This document shows positions 39,901 through 47,065 of a stretch of DNA of 64,000 nt, in pieces. The stretch is from Verrucomicrobiales bacterium (GTDB lineage: Bacteria; Verrucomicrobiota; Verrucomicrobiia; Verrucomicrobiales; V1-33), in the NCBI GenBank assembly GCA_031411295.1, contig JANOAV010000192.1, positions 1 to 64,000 on the forward strand, written 5' to 3'. The notes under the pieces are model-generated. The model saw nothing but the letters and a program-made list of their open reading frames with translations, had not been told where the DNA came from and made no database searches. The position numbers were made by a program, and so were the translations under genes. Every line of letters begins with the position of its first letter. The first letter of the stretch is position 1.

Positions 39901-41553
39901 GCCGGGACTGGTCTGACTACCGTGAATCTTTCAAACTCCTCCGTGCTCACGGGCACGGGTGATAATCAAATCGGATTCGGCGGTCGAGCCGTGGTGAACG
40001 TCTCTGGTTCCGCCACCTATAATTTGGCGCTCCTGAATCTCGGGATGGGCAATAACGCTGCCGCCAATGTGGGCGCTGGGGTGATTAATCAAACTGGCGG
40101 CACCGTGCAACAGGCGGGAGCGACTGTAGGAGATTGGATTATCGGTGGGAATGCTGGCGCAAACAACGTGAATGCCTACGGTGCGTATAACATCAGCGGT
40201 GGTGCGTTCAATACCGGCGGACGGAATTTCCAAGTGGGTGCCTACGGACGTGGCGTATTGGATGTCAGCGGCGGCACAGTGGATGTTAGCAATGGCGGTG
40301 GATTCCCTGTCATAGGCCGATTTGCTGGTGGCATGGGAGTGGTCAATATTTCCGGTTCCGGCAGCTTGCGGCAGAATGCTGCCAGCACACTCTTCATCAT
40401 TGGTGAAGACGGCTCCGGTGTTCTAAATATCAGCGGCGGAAACTTCACGGTTGCCGCTGGCGCAGGTGCTGCTGGAAATGGCGGTGGCACGGGCGGCATT
40501 CGCCTCGGCCATGTGGCTACGGGCTCCGGCATCCTGAATCTGAATGGCGGCACGGTTACGACCACTGGCATCGCGGAAAGCGCGGGCGGTGGCAGCAGTG
40601 CGGTTTATCTCAATGGTGGCACGGTGATTCCAGCCGCACCTAACCCGGCGTTTATGCAAGGCATCGACAGCGTAATCGTGGGACCAGGTGGAGCCATTTT
40701 TGACACTAACGGCAAGAACATTACCATTACTCAGGCATTGCAAGCTCCAACCGGATCGGGGCTCCAGACCGTCCCTCTGCTCAGCGGTGGCAGTGGTTAC
40801 CTCAGCCAACCCATCGTGCGCATTACCGGTGGTGGCGGCGGCGGGGCAACGGCCATTGCCATCATCAGCGGTGGCGTGGTCACCGGCATCACCATGACGA
40901 ATCCCGGCATCGGTTACACCAGTGCGCCTACCGTGAGCTTGCTCGGCGGCGGAGCCCTCACTGAGGCCAGTGTGGATGGTGCCAATGAGGCCTTCAGCGC
41001 CAATGATACCACGGGTGGACTAACTAAGACCGGAAATGGTGTCCTCACCCTCTCCGGCAGCAACACCTATGCTGGCAGCACGAACCTGAACGGTGGAACG
41101 CTTCTGCTGGGTAGCACCACCGCTCTGCCGACCAATGCAAAATTGAACCTCAGCACGGGCACGACCCTGAATACAGGCGGTTTTAACGTCAGCACGGGCC
41201 AGCTCAATGTGAACGGAAGTGCCGTGATTGATCTCGGCACCACGGACAATTCCACCCTCACATTTGCTGACGCAGGCGCCTGGTCCGGCATCCTCAACAT
41301 CTGGAACTACACCGGCGGTGCCGCATGGACCGCCAGCTTGGGAGATAAACTCACCTTCACCAGCCAAGGCACCATCAACCTAGCCAACGTCCATTTCTTC
41401 AGTGACAACGGCACCGTCGAAGTCGGCACCGGAGGCGCAGGATTCATCGCAGGAAACGAACTCGTTCCCGTCCCCGAATCCGGTGCAGTCTTTGCTGGCT
41501 TGGCGATCCTAGGAGCCATCGGTTTCCGCGAGCGTCGTCGTCGCTCGGCTTAA
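33907..41553 (+). CDS. Giant beta-helical adhesin with autotransporter-associated beta-strand repeats and PEP-CTERM-like anchor
   Basis: Signal peptide; many LTKxGxGTLTLSGANTY/F repeats; ends VPVPESGAVFAGLAILGAIGFRERRRRSA. Confidence 0.9.
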   Translation: MKKSPFRSCSSAAVATFVAAIAMFNHAQAGNTWDGGGSTSDWSDPVNWDSDTLPAYGTLNFSGSTQTTNTVNANTSMNRLLWSGTSAWTLNASNGAVLSLFDAGGTQAKLENQSTGLVTANAPITFAANNASPANPFGEINAINGDITFGSAGALTVNGSSVNGLKFWGGAGRTVTFNNTVSAAGKWLATTGSGAITIGSTGSVTADNIFVMNGGVLNLGGALTGAVRLGGDFGATGNQDLTKSGTFNLTPTTGGLTFSGTVNSVTSNTSGALMVNSQNTSGTNTLSGLIVLDSNLTINQAAGGTLTLSQQHTDGATGATGTNIKSLALTLAPAAGATINANGGIYSLTNNGSITNNGPGTLNIGAPSNAGNLFVRQGTVQIGTGASYTGSAYSSVGQLSGDNGTLTLTGNASITDPADFNLADTSGSRGTLNMQSTGTVSVTTLYVGKTGTAVGVLNQSAGTLTYPGAVGGTEWRIGGGSSGQTGAYGVYNMSGGILNTGANFQVGGYGVGVMNLTGGTVTTASWTDVARFSTSVGLLNMSGGTWSQTGTTTRFFVAEDGTGVMNLTGGTLTSSGGIVLGQTATGNGILNVLTGGTASTVFINKAAAATGRLYLNGGAVKSLATSAAATFLTGLTSTTVGPNGAVFDTTALSVTVAQPLLAPTGSGITNLPITNGGSGYVGQPVVQITGGGGTGATAVANVTGGVVTGITITNPGNDYTSAPTFTLLGGGSAVAATPGTAVIGANITTGGLTKNGTNILTLSGANTFNGNIAINGGVLILNYATNVAYPGNITGVGQLSKLGAGTLTISGTISATSASNTPIMIGNGAAGGVMTLTSTSVVNSGASEIYVGNGAGGSGTLNLNGGTINLGNWLAVARGGASGTMNMTAGTINKTGVGNITIGGSGAGGGVLNQSGGTINGLGSNFFVGEVAGTGVYNLSGTGVANVPVLSFGQNAASTGTVNLDGGTLAANQIVKVNAGATATFNFNGGTLKANSGANAAFLTGLTNTFVKAGGAIIDTNGNAITIGQNLLTDTVSLGGGLTKNGTGTLTLAGANSYTGLTTVNAGTLALSGAGSPSNRVFNTTVNTGATLQLLDNNQIGTSTVTLNGGTFDLNTKIEYFDTLAMSSNASVIGTGASAFTLEHAGTAVISATGGGNAGTISAGFGITSQFGVAPNAARTAQFNIAASTNLTVSGIIRDTLEGTSNVGSVDKTGAGTLLLSGANTFTGVTSVSNGTLALAGAGSINNSSSITVNGSGAKYLHNSSVASTRAITLTQGTLDGTGTVGNVTVGSGTGGIVTNGDGGSSALTIGNLTFGGAATITARVSAAANPGIVVSGLLTSAAGITMNASNTAWTNGQEYRLLGYSTFTGSLSDFTKGTIANLGARQSATLTNPTGYIALSIAGDAPVWRGTGDATWTSVVQTPKNWVLQSNSATPTDFFVANDTPIFDDTATGSTAVGITENVNPASVVFNNSSLNYTLNSSGGFGITGGTLLKQGTAALTINTANTFSGGTTLNAGALNLNNASAIGMGTFIIAGGTLDNTSGGAITLSTNNAITLNSDLTFGGTNALNLGTGALGLSANRTFTTNGTAPLTIGGVISGLGSTLTKAGNGTLNLAGANTFSGGAIVNAGTLILSGNNTISGGLTVNAGTLVINAVQSFTGGVLINGGTVQTGNTGAFNTVAPNVVTFGPASTGTLQLNGNNVTIGGLISDANLGSPIVENGAAGTATLTVSNSGPNTYVGLLRDGAAGVLALTKAGSGTLIISGSNTYTGATAIKSGVLEIPASTALGASSNVTINSSGIFRIAGNTTISQPLNLVLGGPAAFGTGGGANSTANFTVDVPSGSSVVMSGAVTNASGSFMKTGAGALTFTNSGTNSIASVAALALTLQNGSLVFDGGATSIYNVGSTGEFTVGDNTPNQVSATIASGTINVPTYTSIGRGNGTTGLSSSLNVTGGTLNTLNLFTGYANGVAGYNANPQINISGTGVVNATTIRFGESAGTGLTTVNLSNSSVLTGTGDNQIGFGGRAVVNVSGSATYNLALLNLGMGNNAAANVGAGVINQTGGTVQQAGATVGDWIIGGNAGANNVNAYGAYNISGGAFNTGGRNFQVGAYGRGVLDVSGGTVDVSNGGGFPVIGRFAGGMGVVNISGSGSLRQNAASTLFIIGEDGSGVLNISGGNFTVAAGAGAAGNGGGTGGIRLGHVATGSGILNLNGGTVTTTGIAESAGGGSSAVYLNGGTVIPAAPNPAFMQGIDSVIVGPGGAIFDTNGKNITITQALQAPTGSGLQTVPLLSGGSGYLSQPIVRITGGGGGGATAIAIISGGVVTGITMTNPGIGYTSAPTVSLLGGGALTEASVDGANEAFSANDTTGGLTKTGNGVLTLSGSNTYAGSTNLNGGTLLLGSTTALPTNAKLNLSTGTTLNTGGFNVSTGQLNVNGSAVIDLGTTDNSTLTFADAGAWSGILNIWNYTGGAAWTASLGDKLTFTSQGTINLANVHFFSDNGTVEVGTGGAGFIAGNELVPVPESGAVFAGLAILGAIGFRERRRRSA

Positions 41554-41713
41554 GCTTAATTCCAAGTTGCGTTCAAGATGAGGTGATCCCGGAGGGATCT
41601 CAGAAATTAGCCGGATTGAGCGGAAGTGATTTGGCTTTCCTTTGAGAATTCCTTGTTGGGCTGATGAACCTTTCCTTGCAGAGCACCTCTCATTGGGGTA
41701 AAAATCAACCGTT

Positions 41714-42280
41714 ATGGGACAAGCAACTCGCCACACCACTCCTTTCATCTCCGTAGCGGAGTATTTGGAGGGAGAAACGTTAACTGATACGCGTCACGAA
41801 TATTTCGATGGCGAGGTAACGGCCATGGCAGGAGCCAGCGATTGGCATGAAACGGTGGGCACGAATCTGACCATTGATCTGGGTTTACACCTTGAGGGGA
41901 AACCCTGCAAAGTCTTCAAAGGCGATCTGAAGCTGCGGCTCAAAATCAATTTGGCCGATGTGTTTTTCTACCCTGATCTCATGATCGCGTGTGATCCCAC
42001 AGACAATCACAAGTATTTCCGAGAGCGCCCCACGGTGCTGATAGAGATCCTATCAGAAGACACCCGGAAGGATCTCATGGAGAAATACCTGATTGATCAA
42101 ACCATCTCCAGCCTGCAGGAATACATCGTCCTCGGTCAGGATCCCGCGGAGCCAATCGCCTATGTCCATCGTCGTTCCACTGGCTGGAAACAGGAAATCG
42201 TGCGGGAAGGTGAAATCCTCACGATCCCCTCGCTGGAATTTTCCATGCCGCTGCTGCGAACGTATCGAGGACTACTCTAA
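41714..42280 (+). CDS. Uma2 family endonuclease
   Basis: ISVAEYLEGE, RHEYFDGEVTAMAGAS, YPDLMIACD, IEILS, SLQEY. Confidence 0.92.
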   Translation: MGQATRHTTPFISVAEYLEGETLTDTRHEYFDGEVTAMAGASDWHETVGTNLTIDLGLHLEGKPCKVFKGDLKLRLKINLADVFFYPDLMIACDPTDNHKYFRERPTVLIEILSEDTRKDLMEKYLIDQTISSLQEYIVLGQDPAEPIAYVHRRSTGWKQEIVREGEILTIPSLEFSMPLLRTYRGLL

Positions 42281-42450
42281 CGCGATCTGTTGCGAGAATT
42301 GTGCTTAGAAATCCTCAGTTCATCCATTCTGATTCGTTCAAGTGATGCCCACTCGTTCCGTAATACGAGCAGATTGTCAGGAAATTGCTATCGTAACAGC
42401 CACTGGATTCCCCTGAGAGAGAGATTCACGATTCGTGGCGCAGCCACCGC

Positions 42451-45400
42451 CTAGGAACGGACTGTTGGATCTCCCACGCGCATCCGTGGCCCGCTGGCGC
42501 GATGGACTCGCAGGGAGAAGCCGTTGCCGTTCTCGTATGGTTCCACGGTGGCCTCCACTTCCAGCACGGGATAGCGCACGGTGGTCAGTCCGTAGTTGCG
42601 ATAGGTGGCCGCAAAGAGTTCCGTTTCCACGATGCCAGTGTAGTCCGCCAGGGTGAGAAATTTCATCGGTTCTCCGGTCACTTGATGATGCGTCCGTTGC
42701 TCAATGATGAGGCCGCAGGTCACGATGCGCTGCCCGGCGTATTGGCCAAGATCTTTGATGGAGCAATACGTTTCCCAGGCAATGTTCGGGAAGAGTTCCA
42801 GCGGATGCCCGCTCACGGTGAATCCCAGCAACTCCGTTTCCCACTGCAATTTCTCCAGCAGGCTGGGTTCGTTTAACGGCACGTTAGGGAAAGCCGCCAG
42901 ATCCAAGCTGGGCGGTGGAATCAGCCACAATTGGCCGTCCGCCGTGTTGATCTGGAAATGCCGCAACCACTGCTGCGCTTCCCAGAATTGCGTGGTGCGG
43001 CTGTCGCCAAAACAATCGAATCCTCCCACCCGGATCATGGCTTCCATCTCTTCGGCGTTGGGACGCACGCGTTCGAAGAAGTCTCGCAGGGATTTGAAGT
43101 TGATGCGCTTTGCTTCTGTGATGATGCGCTCCACGGTCACATCCCGCAGACCTTTGGTGCGTGTTAGTGGAACGCGGATACCATCGGGTTCCACGACAAA
43201 TTTAGGCCCTACGGCAGTGGCTTTTGGCGGGAGAAATTTCAGCCCGATCCGCAGGCATTCCAAGACGTAAACCAAGGCATCATAGAAGCCTTTGCCATTC
43301 GTCAATACGGCCGCCATGAACTCGGCAGGGTGATATCGTTTCAGCCACGCGGCCTGATACGCCTCCACCCCGTAAGCCGTGGAATGAGCTTTGCAGAAAG
43401 CATAGCCAGCGAACCCGCTCACCAGATCCCACACTTCCATGGTGCGCAGCGACGTATGTCCGCGCGCGATGGCGCTGTCGAAAAACTCCAGTCGCACCTG
43501 CTCGATGACCTCGCGTTTCCCCTTGCTCAAGGCCCTGCGCAGCACATCTGCCCGACCCGGATTCAGTCCGGCAAACGTTTCGCAAATTTGCAGGATATGT
43601 TCTTCGTAAATCACCAGACCGTAGCTGTCGCTCAGGCATTCTTGGAGGGAGGGATCGGGATAGGTCGTCTCTTCCATGCCTTGATAGCGGCGGGTGAAAC
43701 GCAGTTTCTTCTGCTCATTGGCCGCCCCGGGACGGATTACGCTAACAATAGCTGCGAGACCATCAATTTCCTGCACGTTCGTCATTTTGCAAAGACTCAC
43801 CATGGCAGGCGATTCAATATGATGGACGCCCCGCCCACCACCGCCGGAAATCATCGCCCAGACTTCCGGGTCCTTCCATGGTTCCAGCGCTTCGAGGTCC
43901 ACCCCCACCGTGGCGGGCGACGTTAGGAGACCGGCATCCCGCCAAGCTTTTCCCTCGTTGTGGGTTGCTGGTCTCGTTACCTCGCCCTCTACGGAATTGT
44001 TAATTGCCTCACAGGCATCGCGCATCACAGCCAAGCCGCCTTGGGCTAGGATATCCAGCTTCACGAGGCCCATGGCTTCCACGGCATCCATGTCGAAATG
44101 CGTGGTGGCGTAGCCCTTGTTCGCGACAAACGTCGGACACAACTCCGTCATTTTTCCAGGTGAGAGCACCACGCCGCACGGATGCATTTTAGGATAACGC
44201 GGGAAGCCATCGAGAAACACCGCCGTGAGCAACGCGGTGCGATACGGTTCTTCATCCAGCGGCAGATCGCTGCATTCCGGACGAACCCGCAATCGCTCTA
44301 TGAGATCTTCCCCCACCTTGGCTCTGCCTTCCGGCACCCATCCGCCACCGAAGCTCCACGGGAAATGTTCCGTGAATCTTCGCACCTCCCGCTCTGCCAC
44401 GCCCAGCACCTTGGCCACTTCGGCAAAGGCGCTGCGGGCTTGGAACGTCGAGAATCCGCCTACGACCGCACAATGATCCTCACCATATTTCGCGAACAAT
44501 AATTTCACCACATCGTCTTTCCGATCATGCGGAAAATCCAAGTCGATATCCGGCAACTTATTCATCGCCATCCGCTCCCGATTCAGGAATCGGCGGAAAT
44601 AAAGTTTAAACCGAATGGGACACACGCCACTGATTTTCAGGCAGTAACACACCAGCGAATCCGCCGCACTACCGCGTGTGATCCACTCAATCCCAGCGGC
44701 CTTGCAGGCTTGCAGCAAGTCCCAGACGACCAGGAAATATTCCTCGTAACCCACCTCGAAGATCATCCCCAACTCTTCTTCGATCTGCCCATAATGTTGC
44801 GTGGCCCGATGCCCATAGCGGGCGTGCAGTCCCTGAAAAACCAGCGTTCGCAGGAATTCATGCGGCGTGCTGCCATCCGGCGGCGTGAAGGCAGGAAACA
44901 ACGGTGGCCCCAGCGGCAACACGAATTTACACCGATCCGCAATCTCCCGCGTAGCCGCCAGCAAGGTCGGATGCGAGCGCTCCACCGATGCCATTTCTGC
45001 TGGCGTTCGGAAATGATAGCAACCGCCGAGTCGCTTGGCGGGATGTGATTCCCGCAGCAACGTTAGGGTGCGGATGGATTGAATGATTTCCCACTGCTGC
45101 CGATCCTCGGGCTTGGCGTAATGGATGCGCGGACACAGGATCTGCGCATTGCCAGGCAAGCGCTTTCCGGCCGCAGCACGATAGAATCGATCCGGGAAAA
45201 TTTCCGCCAGACTGGCATCCGGACTGATCGCCAGCAAGCCCGTGTGACGCAGCGCCAGTTCCTCTCGTTTGAAGTTGCGCTGCCCATCACCCGTGAGCAA
45301 CGCGCAGAGATTATGATAGCCCGTGGTGTCTGCGGCGTAGAGCAGGACAGGCTTTCCAGCAACGTGGATTTCCGCTCCCAGTAGAGGTTTCACGCCTGCT

Positions 45401-46818
45401 GCTTGAGCAGCTTGGGTGAATTCCACAGCGCCATGGAGGTTGCCGGAATCGGCTAGACCCACCGCCGGCAGCTCATACGCTGCCGCCAGCCGCACGATCT
45501 CCTTCGGCGTTAGGGTGGAGTCGAGAAATGAGTAGCCACTCCGCACATTGAGTGGGGTGTAACAAGGGAGCAGGGGCGGCCCGCCCCTGCTTGCAGTTAT
45601 AATTTTTTGCAAGTGGGGGCGGGCCGCCCCCACTCCCATAATTTCCGGCTCGGGGCCTTGTTGCAGGCGGAGATCGTGACCGCGGAAGATGGCGCGGTCT
45701 CCGTGCGTCGTTCGCAAATTATCAATCGCATTGGCTAGCCGACGTTTCGCAGCATGGCCTTCTCCGCGCACTTCCAGCGCCAGTTCACTGAGGGTCCAGT
45801 GATCATAGATTTTGGAAAATTTCAGCGATACTAACCGCAAACTCACCCGACGCTGCCAAGCCGCCCGCAGCATGGATCGCAGCATGCTGTAAATGTCTGT
45901 TTCCAGATCCGTGGGTTCCAGCAGGCTTTCGCTGCGTTGATCTTCCTGCATATCATTGTAGCGCACGCGGACCGTTAGGGTGCGAATGCATCGTCCCTCC
46001 GCCCGCACCTTGGCCATGAGCCGATCCGCCATGCACCGGAGCACCGCTTCGGCGTAATCTTCGTCCGTGATGTCCTTGGCGAACGTCTCCTGTTCGCTGA
46101 AGGTAAGCTGCTCCGCGCGTTCACAGACCAGCGGTCGGAGATCGATGCCTCGGGCGTAATCTCGAATGGTGGCCGCTTGATTTCCCAGCACCAGTTGCAA
46201 CCTTTCCAGCGGCGTGTCCGCAATCTGTTCGATCCTCGCCAAGCCTGCCGCCTGCAGCCTAGCCGCTGTTTTCTCCCCCACGCCGGGCAACCATTTGCTG
46301 GCCAGCGGATTCAGGAAACTCACCTCCTGCCCGGGCGGCACGACGCGGAAACCATGCGGTTTGTCCAGCTTGGACGCAATCTGACTAACCAGCTTACTGG
46401 AACCGATCCCTTCGCTCACGGAAATTTTCAGGCCATCAGCAATCGCTCCCCGCAACCGCTCTGCCACCGTTACGGCGGGTTGGCGCGAGCCGCTAACATC
46501 GAAGTAACCTTCATCAATCGACGACTGTTCCACCTTCGGCGTGAAATCATAAGCATAGGAAAACATCCACTGCGAGAACCGTTCATATTTCTCGAAATCC
46601 CCCGGCAGCACAATCAATTGCGGACACAGCTTCCGCGCCCGCATGGTGGGCATGGGCGTGTAAACTCCAAATTTCCGCGCCTCGTAGGACGCCGATGCAA
46701 TGATCCCGCGCTTCTCCCCACCCACGGCAATCGGCCGCCCCCGCAGACGGGAGTCTGAGGCTTGCTCCACCGAGGCAAAGAAGGCATCGGCATCAAGATG
46801 GATAATGGATCGGGTCAC
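42451..46818 (-). CDS. Fusion of Y-family DNA polymerase (DinB/Pol IV-like) and C-family DNA polymerase III alpha (DnaE/DnaE2-like)
   Basis: N-term HLDADAFFASVE, ASYEARKFGV, SIDE, SKLVSQIAS. C-part PHP, RGSAADS, PDIDLDF, HPCGVV, KLDIL, IRPG, FAGYAFCKAHS, OB fold. One uninterrupted ORF. Confidence 0.93.
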   Translation of the reverse strand: MTRSIIHLDADAFFASVEQASDSRLRGRPIAVGGEKRGIIASASYEARKFGVYTPMPTMRARKLCPQLIVLPGDFEKYERFSQWMFSYAYDFTPKVEQSSIDEGYFDVSGSRQPAVTVAERLRGAIADGLKISVSEGIGSSKLVSQIASKLDKPHGFRVVPPGQEVSFLNPLASKWLPGVGEKTAARLQAAGLARIEQIADTPLERLQLVLGNQAATIRDYARGIDLRPLVCERAEQLTFSEQETFAKDITDEDYAEAVLRCMADRLMAKVRAEGRCIRTLTVRVRYNDMQEDQRSESLLEPTDLETDIYSMLRSMLRAAWQRRVSLRLVSLKFSKIYDHWTLSELALEVRGEGHAAKRRLANAIDNLRTTHGDRAIFRGHDLRLQQGPEPEIMGVGAARPHLQKIITASRGGPPLLPCYTPLNVRSGYSFLDSTLTPKEIVRLAAAYELPAVGLADSGNLHGAVEFTQAAQAAGVKPLLGAEIHVAGKPVLLYAADTTGYHNLCALLTGDGQRNFKREELALRHTGLLAISPDASLAEIFPDRFYRAAAGKRLPGNAQILCPRIHYAKPEDRQQWEIIQSIRTLTLLRESHPAKRLGGCYHFRTPAEMASVERSHPTLLAATREIADRCKFVLPLGPPLFPAFTPPDGSTPHEFLRTLVFQGLHARYGHRATQHYGQIEEELGMIFEVGYEEYFLVVWDLLQACKAAGIEWITRGSAADSLVCYCLKISGVCPIRFKLYFRRFLNRERMAMNKLPDIDLDFPHDRKDDVVKLLFAKYGEDHCAVVGGFSTFQARSAFAEVAKVLGVAEREVRRFTEHFPWSFGGGWVPEGRAKVGEDLIERLRVRPECSDLPLDEEPYRTALLTAVFLDGFPRYPKMHPCGVVLSPGKMTELCPTFVANKGYATTHFDMDAVEAMGLVKLDILAQGGLAVMRDACEAINNSVEGEVTRPATHNEGKAWRDAGLLTSPATVGVDLEALEPWKDPEVWAMISGGGGRGVHHIESPAMVSLCKMTNVQEIDGLAAIVSVIRPGAANEQKKLRFTRRYQGMEETTYPDPSLQECLSDSYGLVIYEEHILQICETFAGLNPGRADVLRRALSKGKREVIEQVRLEFFDSAIARGHTSLRTMEVWDLVSGFAGYAFCKAHSTAYGVEAYQAAWLKRYHPAEFMAAVLTNGKGFYDALVYVLECLRIGLKFLPPKATAVGPKFVVEPDGIRVPLTRTKGLRDVTVERIITEAKRINFKSLRDFFERVRPNAEEMEAMIRVGGFDCFGDSRTTQFWEAQQWLRHFQINTADGQLWLIPPPSLDLAAFPNVPLNEPSLLEKLQWETELLGFTVSGHPLELFPNIAWETYCSIKDLGQYAGQRIVTCGLIIEQRTHHQVTGEPMKFLTLADYTGIVETELFAATYRNYGLTTVRYPVLEVEATVEPYENGNGFSLRVHRASGPRMRVGDPTVRS
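43910..43992. repeat. REP-like inverted pair in frame inside the DnaE domain
   Basis: GTGGCGGGCGACGTTAGGAGACC (43910) versus reverse complement of 43970-43992, GTAGAGGGCGAGGTAACGAGACC. Confidence 0.65.
45566..45637. repeat. REP-like inverted pair forming part of the DinB-DnaE linker
   Basis: 30-bp arms GGGAGCAGGGGCGGCCCGCCCCTGCTTGCA and (reverse complement) GGGAGTGGGGGCGGCCCGCCCCCACTTGCA; 72 bp in total. Confidence 0.8.
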
Positions 46819-46828
46819 GGCAGTTTGG

Positions 46829-46869
46829 ACTGTTCTAAAGAACAGTATTCAAATGGTCACGAAAGTCAA
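46829..46869 (-). promoter_or_regulatory. Verrucomicrobial LexA (SOS) box overlapping putative promoter
   Basis: ACTGTTC-TAAA-GAACAGT (core TGTTC-N4-GAACA at 46831-46844), 12 nt upstream of the GTG start. Minus strand TTGACT (46869-46864), 16 nt, TACTGT (46847-46842). Confidence 0.85.
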
Positions 46870-47065
46870 GCTGTGTGCGCCTGAGCCACGGTCATCCTCC
46901 GGTCCCAGGGGAAGTGCGATGCTTTCAAACCGGGCGGTCTCAGCGGTCCGCGTGGTTGGAGTTCAGGTTTGCCGAGCAAACTCAAAATGAACATTTGCCA
47001 CGGCCCCGGAACCATGCGAGTCTGCGAACCGTCCCAAATTTCTAGGTATGGGGACCGATAAATTT

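Noticed and set aside
33907..41553. Classical type V autotransporter
   Set aside because: No C-terminal beta-barrel; ends in a PEP-CTERM-like TM and Arg tail.
41585..41622. Possible repeat fragment ATCCCGGAGGGATCTCAGAAATTAGCCGG
   Set aside because: Single copy in the window; cannot be supported without a genome search.
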